Origin: Ophelia neglecta
Lineage: Eukaryota
Reading direction: 5' to 3'
DNA: 64,000 bases
NCBI GenBank assembly: GCA_965285935.1
Contig: OZ260664.1
Location: 4,092,001-4,156,000, forward strand
Shown: positions 39,601-49,349 of the stretch, piece after piece
How the letters are laid out: each line of letters begins with the position of its first letter
Position numbering within the stretch: the stretch's first letter is position 1
Program-made: the position numbers and the translations under genes
The notes under the pieces: model-generated
What the model was told of the DNA's origin: nothing
Seen by the model: only the letters and a program-made list of their open reading frames with translations
Database searches by the model: none

Positions 39601-42600
39601 AATATCCGGGCAGAAAGCTAATCGCAGTTACATGCGTACATCATTTGCAACAAAGTTCCTCCAGGCGATGAATTATGAATGTACTGAAAACCAGTAGGCT
39701 TCGCGCGCTGTCCATTTTTCGAATAGGTCGTAATTATTTTAATTTGCTGGTTTATAAGACAACCATGCTAAATTATACTGATAATTCTAATTGAACGAAA
39801 TCGGAAATTGCCAATTTTATTTTCCACTGCACTGGAATTAGTATGCTACAACTCAACAGTAAAAGCGACAGAACTAAGCCGTCTTTAGGTTGTACTCTAA
39901 TCATGCGGCCAATTTAGTGTTAGTATTCACAAAGCGGGTAGTCTCGATCAGTCTGAGTTACCTGTTTTTTCTGCGCAATATAGGTCAAACCATGATCTTC
40001 TAACATTGAATAAATATGATTGGACCGCCTGAAAGAACACCATTTCTCATTAATTATGCCCTACGGTACTAATCATGTTCTATCCTTTTTCCGCAGTTCT
40101 AAATATAGTGTCAAATTTGTAAGTGGCCCCTCAGAGTAGACTGAAAAGTAGGTCAACGCTGCTTATTAACAGAAATGTCGTTCGCACCTGAACAGAAAGG
40201 CGTTTCTATGTGGGCCATGGCAATTATTACTGCGCACAACCAGGCTAACATGCCTGAAGAGAATTGTTTTCTTTAATAACACACCCAGATAACATTAGGC
40301 CATCGGCTTATATGATTTTATCCTTAGAATTTAGAGCAGAGAGACAGATTTATCCTTAAACACCCGGGTAAGCCAAGTTCTTACTTGTGATCATCAAAGG
40401 TGGCAATCTACTGGGTACGCCTAATTCGAGGTCTATGAAGCCAATGACTTGTTGGTTATGTGTCGAGTGAAGGGCCTGGATATGCAAATGTTTCATTTGC
40501 TACACATCTGAGATTTAATTATAACTCGATTGATTGATTGGTATTATATTAACCGTAGGTGACAGGGATCTTACATAACAAACATATGAATAAATATTAA
40601 TATCGTCCGCAGGATTAATTAACTATTATAGGTTATTGGCTTTTGATTTTTCAATGTGGAAGATCCGAAAAACATGTAGTTTGTATTGTTATGGGAAAAC
40701 CAATCCCATAGGACGCAAGGTGTAAGCTAGAGTATGGCCAATAGTGTCGACTGTTTATGCTTCAAATATTATACAAAACCACGGAAACGGTTTTGGGAAG
40801 AATAAAAGGGGTAGATGTCTTACGGCAAAAAGAGTTTTCGGGATATCCCTCATTATAAAAACTCTTATTTGACCTTGTTATATTGGACCTTTTTATATTA
40901 GCCTGATCGTATCAATATGTATTCGAGCAATGTTGGAAATAGGCATAATTGAAAGTTTGGTCGCTTCATATTTACTTTGCATAAATAAAGTCAATATAGC
41001 ATTTTTTTCTTTAAGAGACAAACTTGGTTAATTATCCACACGAGAGAAAAGTACTGTGTTCTTGTTATGTTTTATATAGTGGCTGATTCCCAGACAAACA
41101 TATATTTTTATAATTAACGTATTCAGCGTTTGTTTTATATTTTTTCTACAACTTCTATTTATTGATATACATATATTATCTCATGCTATACAGAAGCGGT
41201 TGATGTTTTAATGTGAGGGGGTCGAGTTCTAGACTGTAAGCGCACTAGAAGGTCTGATAATTAGGTAGGAGCAAATCCCTTCAAATTCCCGTACAGAAGA
41301 AGCTCCACCTGGAACTGAACTCTTAACTAGATTGGGAGACAGTGGATTTCGCGAATGACATGGGCATTATGCCCTCGTATGCCAATTTTGGTAATGAGCC
41401 TGGCTGCACCGTTTTGCATTCGGTAATGATGCAAATATTTCACTCAACAACGCGTTGCAGTAAATGAGGCGCGCAGCTATCTTACCCAGTTTTTGTTTTG
41501 CAGCATCCCCGGTTAGTGGTTTGCGGATGCGAGCAATATGTTACATGTAGTGTATTGATGGTTTCACAGTTGCCGAGACATGGGAGCATATTATTACAGA
41601 CTACAAACACGACAACAAGATTCCTGTTACGCTTTTCCTGAAGCTTCGCTTTTGCTACAGCAATTATTACAGATGAAGTGGCAACCTTGGATAGTTTATG
41701 CGCTAATAAAAACGTATGTGTGAACAAGGAGACAAAGCCAAATCAGTTATATAGATTATTCCGCTAATCAGTATGAAGTCACAAAATACTGCAGTTACTG
41801 GCTCGCACACTAACATATCAATTTATTAACATGTAAGTCATATGCTAAACAAACTTGTAGCCAGCAGTTTTCTATGATTCAGGACGGAACAAAAAAATGA
41901 AAACGAGTACCTTTGTCTGTTTTAACTGGTCACCACAGTTTTTTTTTTAAATATTACGAGGTGAGAATAAACTTACAAAGTGTACAGCCTTATGTCTTTA
42001 GCCCACATGAGCAACACTGGTGCGTGGGTTTTTAGACTCTTGATATAACTGGCGCAGATAGCTTTTATTTGATGTCTCAGAAGCTGGACAAAACGTCATC
42101 TCCAAATTTCCTCAGATATATTTAGGACTGAAAGGTCGCATTAGCATGTTCTAGAATGTTTGACCTTTCTTCCGAATACCGCCCAGTATCGGAGCTTTAA
42201 CATTTTTCTGGGGTGTCGTGTCTAATGGGGTTCTTAAATGCCCCAAAATACTAAAAATGCCCGTTTTAAATAATAGGGTTGAGTATAACCAGACAATAGT
42301 TGATTAATTTTCATTCGAGACATGTTTTGTCCCTACTGGAAACCTTTAAGTCTTTTCCCTGACCCAATAACTAGCTTACATTCACATGAATAAGAGAAAA
42401 TAGACATAACTTGACAATCTGAAGGCTTATGCAGTTTACATTACTAAAGTTTGAATTATAAGCGGAATTTCGTATGGGTTAATCTTAATCCATATGTAAA
42501 GTCCACATACTAAGTCAAAAGTTGCTATAAAAATATAGGCCAATTTGTCGCAACACCTTAGACAGATGTTAGTGAATAGATAGGCCATTAAACGGGCTAT

Positions 42601-45415
42601 CATATGGTTTTAGCTTTTACCTCTTAATATAATAGAAGTCACGTGTGTTATAAGATTATACTGCTTTTGTCCTTTAATACTTCAGCAATATTTGCTAAAG
42701 CGATTGTTTATTAGAAGGTGCTATACGTGATAGTCCCCCTGACACTGCCAAAAAGGTAAAATTATCCAATACATATGATAAAGTGTTATATACATATGTC
42801 TTCTTTAGAAACTTAAGTCTACAGTAAATTCTCCTAGTTCGGTTATAAAAGGGGGCCACACAATAAAATTGCTCATACTTTAGTCCATAAATGTAATTGC
42901 ACAACATTGTTCAATGTGTCCTTTCAATAAATGTGCCACTTAAATTAACGAAATGAAGCAATGATGCCGAAATAAATGAAATAAATTTTTACTTGTCTTT
43001 ATAACTCAAAATAGATGTTTTATAGTTCCCTGTGACTCTAAGCGGTAGTGACTCATAGCCACATCTGTCTCTAACATGGTAATAGTTATTGACCCTCTAA
43101 GGAGTCATTGGACAGACGCCCTTCCGACTTTTTCCGACTGCCAAAAAACGCCGCTTCCTAACTTTCAGTTGACTACATGATATTAGTTCTGCACAGACGG
43201 CCAGCATCTTTTGGTTGTTTGTGGCTATCCTTGCGTCACACCGTCCCCATAGTACAAATTAGATTAAGGTTCATAACTGCATTGAATGGAAGGTTTACTG
43301 GACTTATTAGCCAGACACAAATTCGGCACTCCTCTCTGCCAGGCTAATAGACTTACTGGCCAATGGTGGCCTAAAACGGTAACAGGTAGTATATCTGGTA
43401 GCTATTTTTACAATAGATAATGTCTTTATAAGGCACAAAGCATCCAATGGGAAATAATCTCCATGAAACAATTATCCGTGTAGCTATTTCTTTGTGCAAG
43501 TTTAGAGCAACCTCATGGAAACGGAAGTTCATACATTTTGTGTATCTTAATATGCCAAATTTTAATGTTTCTGGACAATAAACAAGCCAGGAGGTCAATG
43601 GTCCCAGAACCGGTCAGAGAATAACCTGTCGTGTTTATTTGTTTGAAGCGATATACATTGGTATTGTACAACTTGTTACTGATTGCTAGACAAAGTGGCG
43701 ATTCATTAAGACTTTTAATTAGTAATAGGCGTCTCTAGGGCATATTTTCATCTTTGTCCGAGGTGAACTGCTGAGAGTCGGGCGACTTTGGATTGATATT
43801 TGTTGGCATGCAGTTCATGGGTGCGGTTGATTTCAACCCAAATATAGGACTATTAGTTACTAATGATTGTGCAATATCTGCTAGGTATCGACTCTGATTT
43901 TCTTGCCACTTTCTTTTAAACAGATTATATAACAGGTGAACGAAGTTTTAGTTAATTGTATACCCACCCCTTATACCAGCACATCAGTCACCATATAAAT
44001 ATCAAATCATACACTCCTCAATAGACAGATTAACTTTAATCTGTTTAACTCAGCCATATTCCATATTCATTGACAGGACATATTGGAACACATTGAAGAT
44101 AGTTGTCCTTAACTGGTTTGCAAATGGCAAATTGTAACGCAAGTAAAGACACATTGATATACTGTCCAAGAAACAGATAATTATATTTAGTAGCATTCAC
44201 TTATGAGATATCCATAGGAGAAAATATTCCCCACCGTGGCCAAATATTGCCCTGAACTTGGTTATAAGTACATCATAGAGTCCGAGTTGAATTTTAAAGT
44301 TGAACGCTTTTATCGCAATTCGGTTGTATTTCCCTTTTCAGCAGGAACCTGAATTGAAACACTTCTTTCTATCATTTTAATGGACCCCGCATCATGAAAA
44401 CCAGGTTGATCATTAAAATATGTTCTAAAACAAACTCCAGACTAAATCCGATGTGATAACGGCAGAAAACATGACACTCTGAAATATTGTCAATGATTCG
44501 AAAGCATTTCTAAAGCACGTCTCATAATTCACGAATCATGCGCAGAGTATATTGCTTTCTGGATAACAATTATTAGATCAGTGCAGAGATGTTGTTTAAA
44601 GAAAGTTTAATGTTTGCTAGTAATAGGGCACGAATTTCAGATAAAAACGGACATTTTTCAAATTCAAAGATAAATACTCCATCAATCTTTTCAATATAAC
44701 CCTCACCTTAAGGACTTGTGGACTCCAAAAAGAGATTTCATCAGACTCGAGGAGACTCAAAATATGATCGATGACTCTCCTCTAGATTGCTCATATAAAG
44801 GTTCTAGTTGTCATTGTGTTAGTATCTAGTCAGTATAAGATTGCAATAGCTTTGGATCCTAAGGCTAGACCGATTTTATGGACTATTCTACCCAAGTTCA
44901 ACTATTAAATTTGTTGACATTGCGGAATATCTCATAGCACACAAGCTTTAAAGGCTTAAATCGGATATACGCAATTAATTTACAAGCCGATGACTCAGTA
45001 CATAATATGGCTCAGTTCAAGCTCTCAACTGGTTGACTTGGCATAATATTAAGAGAAAATTGTTATTTATGAGGCCATCTGATGAGAGACCGATGCCTAA
45101 ACAGTAATAAGACATTTTACTTACTTTATGTCCACAAATACACAATTAACGGCAATGTCCTGATTGTGTTTGTTCATTTACGTTCATTATACATCATCCT
45201 TCATTAAATGACACGGCTCTATTACACTGTTTCCATGTCAGCTGTATTGGCGCCTTGTAAAATCTCAACAAAGTTCGTTTGTTACGTTGAATGTTATAAT
45301 CATATCCGGGGCGAGGTTCCTTTCACGGAAAGCAAATTGATTGAAACTGAACTAGTCCATACATAAGAGGTTACACTAGGCAATATGGTGCTCGCTCTCG
45401 TTGTAAAAATACTCA

Positions 45416-45600
45416 ATGCTCAAAGCTCCCGGCGTGCGCTGTGTATTCATCGCAACAATGGATCGCGCAGTAAGTATGCCTATCAAAGATTGGGCAAAGC
45501 AAAGTCTGAGGCCCCGCGCTTTTGGAGCTCTCGGCTGCATTTATAACGGATTTGAAATAGATATCATCGTCCCTATTTTCAAAGATTGTTGCCAAAATTA
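45416..45600 (+). mobile_element. Possible pogo/Tigger DDE_1 transposase remnant
   Basis: PGVRCVFIATMDRAVSMPIKDW...CIYNGFEIDIIVP resembles P..T...QP.D..V..P.K..W...NI..GF...GI.P; weak and internally shortened. Confidence 0.3.
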
Positions 45601-46248
45601 CAAAACTAGAAACCTTTTTTTTCACTCTTACGAATGAGAATTAATGAGGCTGGGAGGTGTAAGATCTCAAGGGGCAAAGTTGCTCTTCCAAAATAACCTT
45701 TGAAAGTGGCCAAATAGGTTTAATACGAAAAATTACCTGCGGCGCCACTAAACCTCTTTCCTAAAACTGAGACGTATATATGCTTAGTGGGATGGGTGCT
45801 ACCGTGCGTTGTGACTTCAGACAGAACTAATGGAAGGTTATTGGTTGATGATATAACTTCGTCTGCCGGATGTTCACTCCCATTTTCATCGCCTTGAGCA
45901 CGGCCGTTATTACTCTAAGGGGCAATGTGTCACGCAAGTCACGGAGGCAACGTGTTTATTTGCCGCAGCTAATGCCCACTAACATCAGTTAACTAACAGC
46001 AATAAAAAAAGTCGTTTTTGGATATTCTAAGGGAGGAATGGTTTGCCTTAAAATATCAGTAAGAGTTTAAAAGAAAATGACAAAAGCGCTTAATATATTT
46101 CTTTGTTACAAAGATAATACTATTTCTGTGTCAATAATAAAAGGAAATTATATAATTATATTCTCGGGTAAATGGTACCATTGTAGATTCCTTTAAATAT
46201 ATGGGTAGTAAATAAAGGTTTTGCCCAGTACAGTATCAATGTGAAGCA

Positions 46249-46820
46249 TTATGTTAACGTATTTTTTTCTTGAATGGCTCTATTTTCATTGTTAATATCT
46301 ATTCGTTTGGTCCCATCTCGACATAGAAAAGGCAGCCCTCGACGGATATTATATAGTTTATAGAACAACTCAGTGTACAAATGATCACAATAAATCCACT
46401 CCCATCGGTGATACATCAGCTGAAATTTCATCTTTACAACTATAAACAGTAGGTGAAGTGAAAACAAAAGTATTAAAGCTATTGCCATAGCAGCCGCTGG
46501 TATGTCTAAAAGGAGCGGCGCACTACGGCCAAAATGTGACAAAAGAAAGGTTATACGACATGTGATAAACATGCAGACGTACAGAGTGTAAGTAACCACA
46601 GTATAGGGAAACATCCATTTCTTAATATCGTCACTAGAACATCTATTCCCCGTAAATAATCCACATAGAGTACCAGAAGTTACTCCAGTGAAAAATATTA
46701 TGACAAGAACTGGTGTCACAGAATGTGCTATTATAGAAGAAAGCGGAACGGTTATAATGAATATGAGAACAATAACAGTATGTAACACTCCAAATCCAGA
46801 AAACCAGTTCCTCTTAGTTC
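46249..46820 (-). CDS. Multi-pass membrane domain (about 4 TM helices), inferred C-terminus of the cGLR
   Basis: About 190 open codons with no in-frame ATG until roughly a third of the way in, overlapping the end of the NTase frame. Hydrophobic runs: VLHTVIVLIFIITVPLSSIIA, VTPVLVIIFFTGVTSGTLCGLF, MFPYTVVTYTLYVCMFITCRITFLL, LLLDIPAAAMAIALILLFSLHLLFIVV. AATAAA on the minus strand at 45960-45955. Confidence 0.7.
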
Positions 46821-46959
46821 ATGAGCCATCCTCCTCACATGAATTTGAAATTGCTCGGACTCTTTAAATACGGGGTCACCCACCAGCATGTAGCTAGTCA
46901 AGTATGGCAGGGGAGGAGATTCTCTTGTAACGTCTATTTGATACGTGTAATGCGCCATA

Positions 46960-47375
46960 CTGGCCCCTTCCAATATCGTGCTTGCCAGTGTGTTAGTATT
47001 CGCCCTTGTGCATTATTGTGCCCAATCTGTCGCAGGGTGAGTTGAAACAGTGTCTGCCCTAGCAACTTCTTCTACCCTATCTCTGTGTGGGTTGGTATTA
47101 GGGAAGGCAGCCTTTACAGCTTGTTCTACCCTATCTGTCTGTGGGTTGGTATTAGAGGTTTCAGCCCTCACATGTACATCTGCCCTATCCGGTGGCATGC
47201 TGGTATTAGGACTGTCGGCCTTCTCACTTTCCTCGGCCCTGCCCCCATGTTGGTTGATACTGGAGGTATGGATTCTCACACCCTCCATTGCACCCTCCGG
47301 CGGCGTGTTGGTATAGGAGGCGTCATCACTCACACTTGTCTCTGTCCTGTGTGCCTGTCTGTTAGTATCTGGTGT
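46960..47375 (-). repeat. Coding 54-bp (18-aa) degenerate tandem repeat, about 7.5 copies, inside cGLR exon 3
   Basis: The ggtatt-like anchor recurs at 47094, 47148, 47202, 47256, 47310 and 47364 (period 54). Example units: SPNTSMPPDRADVHVRAE / TSNTNPQTDRVEQAVKAA / FPNTNPHRDRVEEVARAD. Confidence 0.85.
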
Positions 47376-47663
47376 TCGGTCGATAGCTTGGAGAACATGT
47401 AGAGCATTTAGATGCCACCGTCCACCGTCCTCCATATCGCCGGCTTTGACTGCCTCTGCAAGGTGAATAACTGCCATCTTTAGGGGGTAGGATCCCATCG
47501 GTGCATCCTCTAGCGAATGGGTATTTGACACGAAACCAGACAGTATCTGAAATATGTACAATTTGCTTAGCTGTGAAGTACAGAATGTATAGTCTAATTC
47601 AAAGAATAGTTTCCTTGAAGAGGAAAATGAAGGGGTTAGTAAAACAAATATTGAAAGACAAAC

Positions 47664-48521
47664 CTTTAATGCTCTGTAAAGGCTTTTACTTTGCTCATCC
47701 AGCCGTTTCATGTATTCTCTCTCGGCAAAACACACTGATAACTTCCAGTAGCTGCCTGAGCAAACGACGTGGAATGTGTTTAAAACGCTGACCGAGTCCG
47801 GCACACGGAGCCACGAACCTTTATGGCGAAGACATGAGTCCATTGTATCCCTAGTGATTTGAAGGGCAAGGGAGAGATCCACTTTGACTACACCTGAATG
47901 AGGTTTGAGGTACATAGTCACCGCTGGGCCCTTTTGTTCAACTCAACAGGGGAGACCTTCCCCTCGACAGGTATTTGCATAACTTTGTACCTCATGCATG
48001 AAATACCTGAAAAGTTCGCCAGACATCAATGTATCATTGTGAAGGAATTGAGGTTCCCAGTCCTGCCGGCTCGCCACTGTGATGTCACAATAAGACTTTG
48101 GATTGTAGCCCCTTATGGTCGACCTGTACTCTGCTAGATGAACACTAAAAATGGTTGGAGATTGTGGCGTCAGAAAAACCAGGAAATCAAACTCGTCCGG
48201 CTCGTTTACCTTGGTTTCCTCGGCCACACTGCCCATAAGCTCCCTGTGGAGAGTGAACTGATCCCCTAGCTTTTGAAGGAGAGGGGCACGTAGGGCGTTT
48301 AGGAACTCGTCAACTACCCTCACCACCGCGGTCTGTACCTTTTGAAGTGTCTTGTTCACTACCGCTATAGATTTGTCACTCAGTGCCTGTATTGTTCGTT
48401 CCATCAGTGCGTGCCGACCTCTTTTAACAATGTAGATATCATTAACCGCCTTCTGTTGGCGGTCATAAAGGGGCCGGTACTCCTCTCTAGATACAAACAT
48501 TCCTGTTTCATCGAATGTGAT
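47664..48521 (-). CDS. cGLR exon 2: nucleotidyltransferase core (contains an in-frame TGA)
   Basis: ORFs 47943..48500 and 47013..47921 are in the same frame: ...GEGLPC*VEQKGPAVTMYL. G-S at 48233-48228, catalytic E/D at 48194-48186, third Asp at 47879-47877; donor AAG|GTTTGT at 47663. Confidence 0.85.
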
Positions 48522-49313
48522 CTGAAAGATGTTTTAAATTGTTCATTCTTATGGTAAATGTTTCTTAAAGCAGACAAACTGGAACAAGTGGATCATACAT
48601 GAGCATGACACGGGCAATCTTGGTGCTTAGCAATATTTGATGTACGTCCTATATTTAAAGGAACTGATTTGTTCCGTGGTTTACCTCAAATCAAAGACCA
48701 CGTTGACTATTGGTCTGAACAGATATCATAATCTATTTTTAAAATTATTTGCTACAATATTAATGAACATCTTTGATATGGGAATTGATATTTTTATATG
48801 GGCCTGTAGCTGGCGGCGTCTGAAGAATTCAGATCGAGTTGATTAATCGATATTCAGATCTAGACACCATTTTGCTTGGAAATGGTGCTAATATATCTTT
48901 GATCATATAAACTGCTTATCTTATTTTATTGAACAAATTACACATTGTAATATCCTATATTAGCATGTATTGATCTATGTTTTGAAAGCGATCATTTTAC
49001 TTTCATTCTAGACATTAGACCTTTCGCCTCGACATATGACACTGAACGTTATATTAGTGCTACTATTACTATCTTTATTATCATTATGGTTATCATGTCA
49101 TGGAATAGTCTACGTGACACAGATCAATTACTCTTGTGTACACAAAGTTGACACATTTACAGTTCTAACCAGGCTGTACATTAGCGTCGGCTCCCGCAGA
49201 CATATACATGAACCGGATGATATAACCTTAATGTACTATTATGATTTAGGCACATAATTAGCCAAATCAAGTGAACACCAAAACCGTGCTTTTATTAATA
49301 AAAAATTACTCAC

Positions 49314-49349
49314 CGGACTAGACAATAATATAGGCCGAGGGCAGCTCAT
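49314..49349 (-). CDS. cGLR coding exon 1 (MSCPRPILLSSP)
   Basis: ATG at 49349, 12 codons, donor CCG|GTGAGT; joins in phase 0 to acceptor atctttCAG|ATC at 48521, giving ...SSP|ITFDETGMFVSREE. Inr-like TCAGT at 49400-49396. Confidence 0.65.

Larger units (their letters stand above)
46249..49349 (-). pseudogene. Mab-21/cGAS-like nucleotidyltransferase (cGLR) with repeat insert and C-terminal ~4-TM domain; 3 exons (49349-49314, 48521-47664, 47546-46249); disrupted in this copy
   Basis: Motifs MGSVAEETKVNEPDEFDFL, GPAVTMYL, KVDLSLAL, WKLSVCFAEREYM, YRALK|IL, SYPLKMAVIHL, W...ALHVLQ. Both introns are GT-AG and phase 0. Lesions: TGA at 47943-47945, TAA at 47013-47015, and a frame change between about 46820 and 46752. 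Confidence 0.88.

Noticed and set aside
6373-45000. Many 60-120 aa ORFs in intergenic DNA
   Set aside because: Random-like composition, alternative start codons, and no domain motifs or consistent exon chain.
47943-47948. Cys-TGA read as a selenocysteine (CU) motif in the cGLR
   Set aside because: No SECIS-like AUGA/AA/GA hairpin was seen between the final stop and the AATAAA (46248-45955), and a TAA and a frameshift downstream point to ordinary decay. A SECISearch run would settle it.
46249-48500. Bacterial CBASS operon (CD-NTase plus TM effector as separate genes) or contamination
   Set aside because: Spliceosomal GT-AG introns, animal Mab-21 C-lobe motifs, a poly(A) signal and surrounding animal repeats show a eukaryotic gene; the separate ORFs are one broken reading path.
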